From the human T2T-CHM13v2.0 reference genome, Homo sapiens, in NCBI RefSeq assembly GCF_009914755.1, contig NC_060933.1: DNA of 64,000 nt. One strand, 5' to 3'. Shown here one piece after another: positions 25,426 to 40,739 of this stretch (positions are counted from its first letter, which is position 1; the number at the start of each line of letters is the position of its first letter). A program made the position numbers and the translations under genes. The notes below the pieces were generated by a model, which did not search any database, was not told the DNA's origin, and saw only the letters and a program-made list of their open reading frames with translations.

Positions 25426-28129
25426 ATGGAATGGAATGCAATGGAATGGAATCATCCGTAATGGAATGGAAAGGAATGGAATGGAATGGAATGGAATGGA
25501 ATGGAATGGAATGGAATCAACTCGATTGCAATCGAATGGAATGGAATGGAATTAACCCGAATAGAATGGAATGGAATGGAATGGAACGGAACGGAATGGA
25601 ATGGAATGGAATGTAATGGAATGGAACGGAACGGAATGGAATGGAATGGAATGGAATGGAATGGAATCAACGCGAGTGCAGGGGAATGGAATGGAATGGA
25701 ATGGAATGGAATGGAATGGAATCTTCCGGAATGGAATGGAATGGAATGGAATGGAATGGAATGGAATCAACTCGATTGCAATCGAATGGAATGGAATGGA
25801 ATTAACCCGAATAGAATGGAATGGAATGGAATGGAACGGAACGTAATGGAATGGAATGGATTGGAATGGAATGGAATGGAATGGAACGGAACGGAATGGA
25901 ATGGAATGGAATGGAATCAACGCGAGTGCAGGGGAATGGAATGGAATGGAATGCAATGGAATGGAATCTTCCGGAATGGAATGGAATGGAATGGAATGGA
26001 ATGAAATGCAATGGGTTCAACTCGATTGCAATGGAATGGAACAGAATGGAATGGAATGGAATGGAATGGAATTAATTCGAATAGAATGGAATGGAATGGA
26101 ATGGAACGGAATGGAACGGAATGGAATGGAATGGTATGGAATGGAATGGAATGGTACGGAATAGAATGGAATGGAACGAATTGTAATGGAATGGAATTGA
26201 ATGGAATGGAATGGAATGGAATGGAATCACCGCGAGTGCAGGGGAATGTAATGGAACGGAATGCAATGGAATGGAATCATCCGCAATGGAATGGAATGGA
26301 ATGGAATGGAATGGAATGGAATGGAATCAACCCGAGTGCAATGGAATGGAGTGGAATGGAATGGAATGGAATGGAACAACCCGAATGGAATGGAATGTAA
26401 TGGAGTGTAAGGGAATTGAATACAATCAATACGAATGTATTGGAATGGAATGGAACGGAATGGAATGGAATGGAATGGAATGGAATGGAATGCAATGGAA
26501 TTGAATCAACCCGAGTACAATGGAATGGAATGGAATGAAATGGAATGGAAGGGAATGGAATGGAATGGAATGATACGGAATAGAATGGAATGGAACGAAA
26601 TGGAATGGAATGGAATGGAATGGAATGGAATGGAATGGAATGGAATGGAATGGAATCGTTCCGAGTGGAATAGGAGGGAATGTATTCGAGTGGAATGGAA
26701 AGGAATGGAATCAACCAGAGTGGAATGGAAGGGAATGGAATGGAATGGAAACTAATAGAATGGAATCAACCCGAGAGGAATGGAATGGAAAGGACTGGAA
26801 TGGAATGGAATGGAATGGAATCAACTCGATTGTAATGGAATGGAATGGAATGGAATGGAATGGAATTAACCCGAATACAATGCAATGGAATGGAATGGAA
26901 CGAAATGGAGTGGAATGGAATGGAATCAACCCGAGTGCAGGGGAATGGAATGGAATGGAATGCAATGGAATGGAATCATCCGGAATGGAATGGAATGGAA
27001 TGGAATGCAAAGCAATGGAATCAACTCGATTGCAATGGAATGGAATGGAATGGAAAGGAATACATTGGAATCAACCCGAGTGGAATGGAATGGAAAGGAC
27101 TGGAATGGAGTGGAATGGAATGGAATGGAATGGAATGGAATGGAATGGAATCAACTCGATTGGAATGGAATGGAATGGAATGGAATGGAATGGAATGGAA
27201 TGGAATTAACCCGAATAGAATGGAATGGAATGGAATGGAACGGAACGGAACAGAATGGAATGGAATGGAATGGAATGGAATGGAATCAACCCGACTGCAG
27301 GGGAATGGAATGGAATGGAATACAATGGAATGGATTCAACTTGAATGGAATGGAAAGAATGGAATAACCACGAGTGGAATGGCATGGATTGGAATGGAAT
27401 GGAATGGAATCAACCCGAGTACAGGGGAATGGAATGGAATGGAATGCAATGGAATGGAATCATCCGTAATGGAATGGAAAGGAAAGGAATGGAATGGAAT
27501 GGAATGGAATGGAATGGAATGGAATCAACTCGATTGCAATCGAATGGAATGGAATGGAATTAACCCGAATAGAATGGAATGGAATGGAATGGAACGGAAC
27601 GGAACGGAATGAAATGGATTTGAATGGAATGGAATGGAATGGAATGGAACGGAAAGGAATGGAATGGAATGGAATGGAATGGAATGGAATGGAATGGAAT
27701 GGAATCAACGCGAGTGCAGGGGATTGGAATGTAACGGAATGCAATGGAATGGAATCTTCCGGAATGGAATGGAATGGAATGGAATGGAATGGAATGGAAT
27801 AAACCCGAGTGCAATGGAATGGAGTGGAATGGAATGGAATGGAATTGAACAACCCGAATGGAATGGAATGTAATGGAGAGTAAGGGAGTTGAATAGAATC
27901 AATCCGAATGTAATGGAATGGAATGGAACGGAATGGAATTGAATGGAATGGAATGGAATGCAATGGAATGGAATCAACCCGAGTTCAATGGAATGGAGAG
28001 GAATGGAATGGAATGGAATGGAAACTACCCGAATGGAATGGAATGTAATGGAGTCTAAGGGAATTGAATAGAATCAATCCGAATGTAATGGAATGGAATG
28101 GAACGGAATGGAATGGAATAGAATGGAAT

Positions 28130-31100
28130 GGAATGGAATGGAATGGAATGTAATGGAATGGAATCAACCCGAGTGCAATCGAATGGAATCGAATGGAATG
28201 GAATGCAATGGAATGGATTCAACTTGAATGGAATGGAAAGAATGGAATCAACACGAATGGAAGGGCATGGATTGGAATGCAATGGAATGGAATCAACCCG
28301 AGTACAGGGGAACGGAATGGAATGGAATACAATGGAATAGAATCATCCGTAATGGAATGGAAAGGAATGGAATGGAATGGAATGGAATGGAATGGAATGG
28401 AATCAACTCGATTGCAATTGAATGGAATGGAATGGAATTAACCCGAATAGAATGGAATGGAATGGAATGGAACGGAAAGGAAGGGAATGGAATGGAAGAG
28501 AATGGAATGGAATGGAATCAACGCGAGTGCTGGGGAATGGAATGGAATGGAATGCAATGGAATGGAATCTTCCGGAATGCAATGGAATGGAATGGAATGG
28601 AATGGAATCAACCCGAGTGCAATGGAATGGAGTGGAATGGAATGGAATGGAATGGAACAACCCGAATGGAATGGAATGTAATGGAGAGTAAGGGAGTTGA
28701 ATAGAATGAATCCGAATGTAATGGAATGGAATGGAAAGGAATGGAATTCAATGGAATGGAATGGAATGCAATGGAAGGGAATCAACCCGAGTTCAATGGA
28801 ATGGAGAGGAATGGAATGGAATGGAATGGAAACTACCCGAATGGAATGGAATGTAATGGAGTGTAAGGGAATTGAATAGAATCAATCCGAATGTAATGGA
28901 ATGGAATGGAACGGAATGGAATGGAATGGAATGGAATGGAATGGAATGCAATGGAATGGAATCAACCCGAGTGCAATCGAATGGAATCAAATGGAATGGA
29001 ATGCAATGGAATGGATTCAACTTGAATGGAATGGAAAGAATGGAATCAACACGAGTGGAATGGCATGGATTGGAATGGAATGGAATGGAATCAACCCGAG
29101 TACAGGGGAATGGAATGGAATGGAATGCAATGGAATGGAATCATCCGTAATGGAATGGAAAGGAATAGAATGGAATGGAATGGAATGGAATGGAATGGAA
29201 TGAACTCGATTGCAATCGAATGGAATGGAATGGAATTAACCCGAATAGAAAGGAATTGAATGGAATGGAACGGAACGGAATGGAATGGAATGGAATGGAA
29301 TGGAATGGAATGGAATGGAACGGAAAGGAAGGGAATGGAATGGAATAGAATGGAATGGAATGGAATCAATGCGAGTGCAGGGGAATGGAATGGAATGGAA
29401 TGCATTGGAATGGAATCTTCTGGAACGGAATGGAATGGAATGGAATGGAATGGAATGGAATGGAATGGAATCAACCCGAATGCAATGGAATGGAGTGGAA
29501 TGGAATGGAATGGAATGGAACAACCCGAATGGAATGGAATGTAATGGACAGTAAGGGAGTTGAATAGAATCAATCCGAATGTAATGGAATGGAATAGAAC
29601 GGAATGGAATTGAATGGAATGGAATGGAATGCCTTGGAATGGAATCAACCCGAGTGCAATGGAATGGAGATGAATGGAATGGAATGGAATGGAAACTACA
29701 CGAATGGAATGGAAGGTAATGGAGTGTAAGGGAATTGAATAGAATCAATCCGAATGTAATGGAATGGAATGGAACGGAATGGAATGGAATGGAATGGAAT
29801 GGAATGGAATGGAATGGAATGCAATGGAATGGAATCAACCCGAGTGCAATCAAATGGAATCGAATGGAATGGAATGCAATGGAATGGATTCAACTTGAAT
29901 GGAATGGAAAGAATGGAATCAACACGAGTGGAATGGCATGGAATGGAATGGAATGGAATGGAATCAACCCGAGTACAGGGGAATGGAATGGAATGGAATG
30001 CAATGGAATGGAATCATCCGTAATGGAATGGAAAGGAATGGAATGGAATGGAATGGAATCAACTCGATTGCAATCGAATGGAATCGAATGGAATTAACCC
30101 GAATAGAATGGAATGGAATGGAATGGAACGGAACGGAACGGAATGGAATGGAATGGAATGGAATGGAATGGAATGGAATGGAACGGAATGGAATGGAATG
30201 GAATGGAATGGAATGGAATCAACGCGAGTGCAGGGGAATGGAATGGAATGGAATGCAATGGAATGGAATCTTTCGGAATGGAATGGAATGGAATGGAATG
30301 GAATGAAATGCAATGGATTCAACTCGATTGCAATGGAATGGAATAGAATGGAATGGAATGGAATGGAATGGAATTAATCCGAATAGAAAGGAATGGAATG
30401 GAATGGAACGGAATGGAACGGAATGGAATGGAATGGAATGGAATGGAATGGAATGGTATGGAATGGAATGGAATGGAATGGAATAGAATGGAATGGAACT
30501 AATTTTAATGGAATGGAATGGAATGGAATGGAATGGAATGGAATCAACGCGAGTGCAGGGGAATGTAATGGAAAGGAATGCAATGGAATGGAATCATCCG
30601 GAATGGAATGGAATGGAATGGAATGGAATGGAATCAACCCGAGTGCAATGGAATGGAGTGGAATGGAATGGAATGGAATGGAACAACCCGAATGGAATGG
30701 AATGTAATGGAGAGTAAGGGAGTTGAATAGAATCAATCCGAATGTAATGGAATGGAATGCAACGGAATTGAATGGAATGGAATGGAATGGAATGCAATGG
30801 AATTGAATCAACCCGAGTACAATGGAATGGAATGGAATGGAATGGAATGGAATGGAATGGAATGGAATGGAATGATACGGAATAGAATGGAATGGAACGA
30901 AATGGAATGGAATGGAATGGAATGGAATGGAATGGAATGGAATCGTTCCGAGTGGAATAGGAGGGAATGTATTCGAGTGGAATGGAAAGGAATGGTATCA
31001 ACCAGAGTGGAATGGAAGGGAATGGAATGGAATGGAAACTAATAGAATGGAATCAACCCGAGTGGAATGGAATGGAAAGGACTGGAATGGAATGGAGTGG

Positions 31101-32100
31101 AATGGAATCAACTCGATTGTAATGGAATGGAATGGAATGGAATGGAATGTAATGGAATGGAATTAACCCGAATAAAATGGAATGGAATGGAATGGAACGG
31201 AATGGAGTGGAATGGAATGGAATCAACCCGAGTGCAGGGGAATGGAATGGAATGGAATGCAATGGAATGGAATCATCCGGAATGGAATGGAATGGAATGG
31301 AATGCAAAGCAATGGAATCAACTCGATTGCAATGGAATGGAATGGAATGGAAAGGAGTACATTGGAATCAACCCGAGTGGAATGGAATGGAAAGGACTGG
31401 AATGGAGTGGAATGGAATGCAAAGCAATGGAATCAACTCGATTGCAATGGAATGGAATGGAATGGAAAGGAGTACATTGGAATCAACCCGAGTGGAATGG
31501 AATGGAAAGGACTGGAATGGAGTGGAATGGAATGGAATGGAATGGAATGGAATCAACTCGACTGGAATGGAATGGAATGGAATGGAATGGAATTAACCCG
31601 AATAGAATGGAATGGAATGGAATGGAACGGAACGGAATGGAATGGAATGGAATGGAATGGAATGGAATGGAATGGAATCAACCCGACTGCAGGGGAATGG
31701 AATGGAATGGAAGGCAATGGAATGGATTCAACATGAATGGAATGGAAAGAATGGAATCAACACGAGTGGAATGGCATGGATTGGAATGGAATGGAATGGA
31801 ATCAACCCGAGAACAGGGGAATGGAATGGAATGGAATGCAATGGAATGGAATCATCCGTAATGGAATGGAAAGGAATGGAATGGAATGGAATGGAATGGA
31901 ATGGAATGGAATGGAATGGAATCAACTCGTTTGCAATCGAATGGAATGGAATGGAATTAACCCGAATAGAATGGAATGGAATGGAATGCAACGGAACGGA
32001 ACGGAATGGAACGGAACGGAGTGGAATGGAATGGAATGGAATTGTATGGAATGGAATGGCATGGTACGGAATGGAATGGAATGGAAAGAATTGGAATGGA
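28130..32100 (+). repeat. ~3.97 kb tandem duplication, copy 1
   Basis: ORF pairs 28193/32161, 28872/32840, 29735/33698, 30752/34725 and 31067/35040 give offsets of 3963-3973. Shared rare variants include GTGCTGGGG, GCCTTGG, CTTTCGG, CTAATTTTAAT and CAACTCGTTT. Confidence 0.93.
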
Positions 32101-35100
32101 ATGGAATGGAATGGAATGTAATGGAATGGAATCAACCCGAGTGCAATCGAATGGAATCGAATGGAATGGAATGCAATGGAATGGATTCAACTTGAATGGA
32201 ATGGAAAGAATGGAATCAACACGAATGGAAGGGCATGGATTGGAATGCAATGGAATGGAATCAACCCGAGTACAGGGGAACGGAATGGAATGGAATACAA
32301 TGGAATAGAATCATCCGTAATGGAATGGAAAGGAATGGAATGGAATGGAATGGAATGGAATGGAATGGAATCAACTCGATTGCAATTGAATGGAATGGAA
32401 TGGAATTAACCCGAATAGAATGGAATGGAATGGAATGGAACGGAAAGGAAGGGAATGGAATGGAATAGAATGGAATGGAATGGAATCAACGCGAGTGCTG
32501 GGGAATGGAATGGAATGGAATGCAATGGAATGGAATCTTCCGGAATGCAATGGAATGGAATGGAATGGAATGGAATCAACCCGAGTGCAATGGAATGGAG
32601 TGGAATGGAATGGAATGGAATGGAACAACCCGAATGGAATGGAATGTAATGGAGAGTAAGGGAGTTGAATAGAATGAATCCGAATGTAATGGAATGGAAT
32701 GGAAAGGAATGGAATTCAATGGAATGGAATGGAATGCAATGGAAGGGAATCAACCCGAGTTCAATGGAATGGAGAGGAATGGAATGGAATGGAATGGAAA
32801 CTACCCGAATGGAATGGAATGTAATGGAGTGTAAGGGAATTGAATAGAATCAATCCGAATGTAATGGAATGGAATGGAACGGAATGGAATGGAATGGAAT
32901 GGAATGGAATGGAATGCAATGGAATGGAATCAACCCGAGTGCAATCGAATGGAATCAAATGGAATGGAATGCAATGGAATGGATTCAACTTGAATGGAAT
33001 GGAAAGAATGGAATCAACACGAGTGGAATGGCATGGATTGGAATGGAATGGAATGGAATCAACCCGAGTACAGGGGAATGGAATGGAATGGAATGCAATG
33101 GAATGGAATCATCCGTAATGGAATGGAAAGGAATAGAATGGAATGGAATGGAATGGAATGGAATGGAATGAACTCGATTGCAATCGAATGGAATGGAATG
33201 GAATTAACCCGAATAGAAAGGAATTGAATGGAATGGAACGGAACGGAATGGAATGGAATGGAATGGAATGGAATGGAATGGAACGGAAAGGAAGGGAATG
33301 GAATGGAATAGAATGGAATGGAATGGAATCAATGCGAGTGCAGGGGAATGGAATGGAATGGAATGCAATGGAATGGAATATTCTGGAACGGAATGGAATG
33401 GAATGGAATGGAATGGAATGGAATGGAATGGAATCAACCCGAATGCAATGGAATGGAGTGGAATGGAATGGAATGGAATGGAACAACCCGAATGGAATGG
33501 AATGTAATGGACAGTAAGGGAGTTGAATAGAATCAATCCGAATGTAATGGAATGGAATAGAACGGAATGGAATTGAATGGAATGGAATGGAATGCCTTGG
33601 AATGGAATCAACCCGAGTGCAATGGAATGGAGATGAATGGAATGGAATGGAATGGAAACTACACGAATGGAATGGAAGGTAATGGAGTGTAAGGGAATTG
33701 AATAGAATCAATCCGAATGTAATGGAATGGAATGGAACGGAATGGAATGGAATGGAATGGAATGGAATGGAATGGAATGGAATGCAATGGAATGGAATCA
33801 ACCCGAGTGCAATCAAATGGAATCGAATGGAATGGAATGCAATGGAATGGATTCAACTTGAATGGAATGGAAAGAATGGAATCAACACGAGTGGAATGGC
33901 ATGGAATGGAATGGAATGGAATGGAATCAACCCGAGTACAGGGGAATGGAATGGAATGGAATGCAATGGAATGGAATCATCCGTAATGGAATGGAAAGGA
34001 ATGGAATGGAATGGAATGGAATCAACTCGATTGCAATCGAATGGAATCGAATGGAATTAACCCGAATAGAATGGAATGGAATGGAATGGAACGGAACGGA
34101 ACGGAATGGAATGGAATGGAATGGAATGGAATGGAATGGAATGGAACGGAATGGAATGGAATGGAATGGAATGGAATGGAATCAACGCGAGTGCAGGGGA
34201 ATGGAATGGAATGGAATGCAATGGAATGGAATCTTTCGGAATGGAATGGAATGGAATGGAATGGAATGAAATGCAATGGATTCAACTCGATTGCAATGGA
34301 ATGGAATAGAATGGAATGGAATGGAATGGAATGGAATTAATCCGAATAGAAAGGAATGGAATGGAATGGAACGGAATGGAACGGAATGGAATGGAATGGA
34401 ATGGAATGGAATGGAATGGTATGGAATGGAATGGAATGGAATGGAATAGAATGGAATGGAACTAATTTTAATGGAATGGAATGGAATGGAATGGAATGGA
34501 ATGGAATGGAATCAACGCGAGTGCAGGGGAATGTAATGGAAAGGAATGCAATGGAATGGAATCATCCGGAATGGAATGGAATGGAATGGAATGGAATGGA
34601 ATGGAATCAACCCGAGTGCAATGGAATGGAGTGGAATGGAATGGAATGGAATGGAACAACCCGAATGGAATGGAATGTAATGGAGAGTAAGGGAGTTGAA
34701 TAGAATCAATCCGAATGTAATGGAATGGAATGCAACGGAATTGAATGGAATGGAATGGAATGGAATGCAATGGAATTGAATCAACCCGAGTACAATGGAA
34801 TGGAATGGAATGGAATGGAATGGAATGGAATGGAATGGAATGGAATGATACGGAATAGAATGGAATGGAACGAAATGGAATGGAATGGAATGGAATGGAA
34901 TGGAATGGAATGGAATCGTTCCGAGTGGAATAGGAGGGAATGTATTCGAGTGGAATGGAAAGGAATGGTATCAACCAGAGTGGAATGGAAGGGAATGGAA
35001 TGGAATGGAAACTAATAGAATGGAATCAACCCGAGTGGAATGGAATGGAAAGGACTGGAATGGAATGGAGTGGAATGGAATCAACTCGATTGTAATGGAA

Positions 35101-36090
35101 TGGAATGGAATGGAATGGAATGTAATGGAATGGAATTAACCCGAATAAAATGGAATGGAATGGAATGGAACGGAATGGAGTGGAATGGAATGGAATCAAC
35201 CCGAGTGCAGGGGAATGGAATGGAATGGAATGCAATGGAATGGAATCATCCGGAATGGAATGGAATGGAATGGAATGCAAAGCAATGGAATCAACTCGAT
35301 TGCAATGGAATGGAATGGAATGGAAAGGAGTACATTGGAATCAACCCGAGTGGAATGGAATGGAAAGGACTGGAATGGAGTGGAATGGAATGCAAAGCAA
35401 TGGAATCAACTCGATTGCAATGGAATGGAATGGAATGGAAAGGAGTACATTGGAATCAACCCGAGTGGAATGGAATGGAAAGGACTGGAATGGAGTGGAA
35501 TGGAATGGAATGGAATGGAATGGAATCAACTCGACTGGAATGGAATGGAATGGAATGGAATGGAATTAACCCGAATAGAATGGAATGGAATGGAATGGAA
35601 CGGAACGGAATGGAATGGAATGGAATGGAATGGAATGGAATGGAATGGAATCAACCCGACTGCAGGGGAATGGAATGGAATGGAAGGCAATGGAATGGAT
35701 TCAACATGAATGGAATGGAAAGAATGGAATCAACACGAGTGGAATGGCATGGATTGGAATGGAATGGAATGGAATCAACCCGAGAACAGGGGAATGGAAT
35801 GGAATGGAATGCAATGGAATGGAATCATCCGTAATGGAATGGAAAGGAATGGAATGGAATGGAATGGAATGGAATGGAATGGAATGGAATGGAATGGAAT
35901 CAACTCGTTTGCAATCGAATGGAATGGAATGGAATTAACCCGAATAGAATGGAATGGAATGGAATGCAACGGAACGGAACGGAATGGAACGGAACGGAGT
36001 GGAATGGAATGGAATGGAATTGTATGGAATGGAATGGCATGGTACGGAATGGAATGGAATGGAAAGAATTGGAATGGAATGGAATGGAAT
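32101..36090 (+). repeat. ~3.97 kb tandem duplication, copy 2
   Basis: Near-identical and collinear with 28130-32100, differing by a few pentamer indels and SNPs (e.g. CTTCT at 29417 vs ATTCT at 33380). Confidence 0.93.
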
Positions 36091-39000
36091 GGAATGGAAT
36101 GCAATGGAATGGAATCAACCCGAGTGCAATCGAATGGAATCGAATGGAATGGAATGCAATGGAATGGATTCAACTTGAATGGAATGGAAAGAATGGAATC
36201 AACACGAGTGGAATGGCATGGATTGGAATGGAATGGAATGGAATCAACCCGAGTACAGGGGAATGGAATGGAACGGAATGCAATGGAATGGAATCATCCG
36301 TAATGGAATGGAAAGGAATGGAATGGAATGGAATGGAATGGAATGGAATGGAATCAACTCGATTGCAATCGAATGGAATGGAATGGAATTAACCCGAATA
36401 GAATGGAATGGAATGGAATGGAACGGAACGGAATGGAATGGAATGGAATGGAACGGAACGGAATGGAATGGAATGGAATGGAATGGAATTGAATGGAATC
36501 AACGCGAGTGCAGGGGAATGGAATGGAATGGAATGCAATGGAATGGAATCTTCCGGAATGGAATGGAATGGAATGGAATGGAATGGAATGAAATGCAATG
36601 GATTCAACTCGATTGCAATGGAATGGAATAGAATGGAATGGAATGGAATGGAATGGAATGGAATTAACCCGAATAGAATGGAATGGAATGGAATGGAATG
36701 GAATGGAATGGAACGGAATGGAACGGAATGGAATGGAATGCAATGGAATGGAATGGTATGGAAAGGAATGGAATGGTACGGAATAGAATGGAATGGAACG
36801 AATTGTAATGGAATGGAATTGAACGGAATGGAATGGAATGGAATGGAATCAACGCGAGTGCAGGGGAATGTAATGGAACGGAATGCAATGGAATGGAATC
36901 ATCCGGAATGGAATGGAATGGAATGGAATGGAATGGAATCAACCCGAGTGCAATGGAATGGAGTGGAATGGAATGGAATGGAATGGAATGGAATGGAACA
37001 ACCCGAATGGAATGGAATGTAATGGAGAGTAAGGGAGTTGAATAGAATCAATCCGAATGTAATGGAATGGAATGCAACGGAATGGAATGGAATGCAACGG
37101 AATGGAATGGAATGGAATGGAATGGAATGCAATGGAATGGAATCACCCCGAGTACAATGAAATGGAAAGGAATGGAATGGAATGGAATGGAATGGAATGG
37201 AATGGAATGCCTTCAAACCGAATGGAATGGAAAGGAATGGAATCAACACGAGTGGAATGGAATGGAACGGAATGGAATGGAATGGAATGGAATGGAATCG
37301 TTCCGAGAGGAATAGGAGGTAATGTATTCGAGTGGAATGGAAAGGAATGGAATCAACCAGAGTGGAATGGAAGGGAATGGAATGGATTGGAAACTAATAG
37401 AATGGAATCAACCTGAGTGGAATGGAATGGAAAGGACTGGAATGGAAAGGAATGGAATGGAATGGAATGGAATGGAATGGAATCGAATGGAATGGAATCA
37501 ACGCGAGTGCAGGGGAATGGAATGGAATCGAATGGAATAGAATGGAATGGAATGGAATCAACCCGAGTGCAGGGGAATGTAATGGAACGGAATGCAATGG
37601 AATGGAATCATCCGGAATGGAATGGAATGGAATGGAATGGAATGGAATCAACCCGAGTGCAATGGAATGGAGTGGAATGGAATGGAATGGAATGGAACAA
37701 TCCGAATGGAATGGAATGTAATGGAGAGTAAGGGAGTTGAAAAGAATCAATCAGAATGTAATGGAATGGAACGGAATGGAATGGAATGGAATGGAATGGA
37801 ATGGAATGGAATGGAATGCAATAGAATGGAATCAACCCGAGTACAATGGAATGGAATGGAATGGAATGGAATGATACGGAATAGAATGGAATGGAACGAA
37901 ATGGAATGGAATGGAATGGAATGGAATGCAATGGAATGGAATGGAATGGAATGGAATGGAATGGAATGGAATGGAATCGTTCCGAGTGGAATAGGAGGGA
38001 ATGTATTCGAGTGGAATGGAAAGGAATGGAATCAACAAGAGTGGAATGGAAGGGAATGGAATGGAATGGAAACTAATAGAATGGAATCAACCCGAGTGCA
38101 ATGGAATGGAAAGGACTGGAATAGAATGGAATGGAATGGAATCAACTCGATTGTAATGGAATGGAATGGAATGGAATGGAATGGAATGGAATGGAATCAA
38201 CCCGAGTGCAATGGAATGGAGTGGAATGGAATGGAATGGAATGGAACAACCCGAATGGAATGGAATGTAATGGAGAGTAAGGGAGTTGAATAGAATCAAT
38301 CCGAATGTAATGGAATGGAATGGAACGGAATGGAATTGAATGGAATGGAATGGAATGCAATGGAATGGAATCAACCCGAGTGCAGTGGAATGGAGAGGAA
38401 TGGAATGGAATGGAATGGAAACTACCCGAATGGAATGGAATGTAATGGAGTGTAAGGGAATTGAATAGAATCAATCCGAATGTAATGGAATGGAATGGAA
38501 TGGAATGGAATGCAATGGAATGGAATCAACCCGAGTGCAATCGAATGGAATCGAATGGAATGGAATGTAATGGAATGGATTCAACTTGAATGCAATGGAA
38601 AGAACGGAATCAACACGAGTGGAATGGCATGGATTGGAATGGAATGGAATGGAATCAACCCGAGTACAGGGGAATGGAATGGAATGGAATGCAATGGAAT
38701 GGAATCATCCGTAATGGAATGGAAAGGAACGGAATGGAATGGAATGGAATGGAATGGAATGGAATGGAATCAACTCGATTACAATCGAATGGAATGGAAT
38801 GGAATTAACCCGAATAGAATGGAATGGAATGGAATGGAACGGAACGGAATGGAATGGAATGGAATGGAATGGAATGGAATGGAATGGAACGGAACGGAAT
38901 GGAATGGAATGGAATGGAATGGAATGGAATCAATGCGAGTGCAGGGGAATGGAATGGAATGGAATGCAATGGAATGGAATCTTCTGGAATGGAATGGAAT

Positions 39001-40739
39001 GGAATGGAATGGAATGGAATGGAATGCAAAGCAATGGAATCAACTCGATTGCAATGGAATGCAATGGAATGGAAAGGAATACATTGGAATCAACCCGAGT
39101 GGAATGGAATGGAAAGTACTGGAATGGAGTGGAATGGAATGGAATGGAATGGAATGGAATGGAATCAACTCGATTGGAATGGAATGGAAGGGAATAGAAC
39201 GGAATGGAATGGAATGGAACGGCATGGAATGGAATGGAATGGAATCAACCCGACTGCAGGGGAATGGAATGGAATGGAATGCAATGGAATGGATTCAACT
39301 TGAATGGAATGGAAAGAATGGAACCAACACGAGTGGAATGGCATGGATTGGAAAGGAATGGAATGGAATCAACCCGAGTGCAGGGGAATGTAATTGAACG
39401 GAATGCAATGGAATGGAATCATCCGGAATGGAATGGAATGGAATGGAATGGAATGGAATCAACCCGAGTGCAATGGAATGGAGTGGAATGGAATGGAATG
39501 GAATGGAACAACCCGAATGGAATGGAATGTAATGGAGAGTAAGAGAGTTGAAAAGAATCAATCCGAATGTAATGGAATGGAATGGAACGGAATGGAATGG
39601 AATGGAATGGAATGGAATGCAATGCAGTGGAATGGAATCAACACGAGTACAATGGAATGGAATGGAATGGAATGGAATGGAAGGGAATGGAATGGAATGG
39701 AATGGAATGCAATGGAATGCAATCTTCCGGAATGGAATGGAATGGAATGGAATGGAATGGAATGGAATGGAATGGAATGCAATGGATTCAACTCGATTGC
39801 AATGGAATGGAATAGAATGGAATGGAATGGAATGGAATGGAATGGAATTAAACCGAATAGAATGGAATGGAATGTAATGGAACGGAACAGAACGGAACGG
39901 AACGGAACGGAGTGGAATGGAATGGAATAGAATTGTATGGAATGGAATGGAATGGTACGGAATAGAATGGAATGGAAAGAATTGGAATGGAATGGAATCG
40001 AATGGAATGGAATGGAATGGAATGGAATGGAATGGAATCAACCCGAGCGCAATGGAATGGAGTGGAATGGAATGGAATGGAATGGAACAACCCGAATGGA
40101 ATGGAATGTAATGGAGAGTAAGGGACTTGAACAGAATCAATCCGAATGTAATGGAATGGAACGGAATGGAATGGAATGGAATGGAATGGAATGGAATGGA
40201 ATGGAATGGAATGGAATGCATTGGAATGGAATCAACCCGAGTACAATGGAACGGAATGTAATGTAATGTAATGGAATGTAATGTAATGTAATGGAATGGA
40301 ATGGAATGGAATGGAATGGAATCAACCCGAGTGCAATGGAGTGGAGAGGAATGGAATGGAATGGAATGGGAACTACCCGAATGGAATGGAATGTAATGGA
40401 GTGTAAGGGAATTGAATAGAATCAATCCGAATGTAATGGAATGGAATGGAACGGAATGTAATGGAATGGAATGGAATGGAATCAACCCGAGTGCAGGGGA
40501 ATGGAATGGAATGGAATGCAATGGAATGGAATCATCCGGAATGGAATGGAATGGAATGCAATGGAATGGAATGGAATGGAATCAACCCGAGTGCAATGGA
40601 ATGGAGTGAAATGGAATGGAATGGAATGGAGACAACCAGAATGGATTGGAATATAATGGAGTGTAAGGGAATTGAATAGAATCAATCTGAATGTAATGAA
40701 ATGGAATGGAATGGAATGGAATGGAATGGAATGGAATGC

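Noticed and set aside
30265-30279. GGAATCTTTCGGAAT (also ~34228) as an HSE
   Set aside because: The middle pentamer is CTTTC rather than nTTCn, so it was excluded from the perfect HSE count.
39295-40521. Longest ORF (408 aa, minus strand) and all other MEWNG/IPFHS-repeat ORFs
   Set aside because: (GGAAT)n has no stop codon in any of six frames and supplies an ATG every 5 bp, so long overlapping low-complexity ORFs are expected. There are no domains or gene structure.
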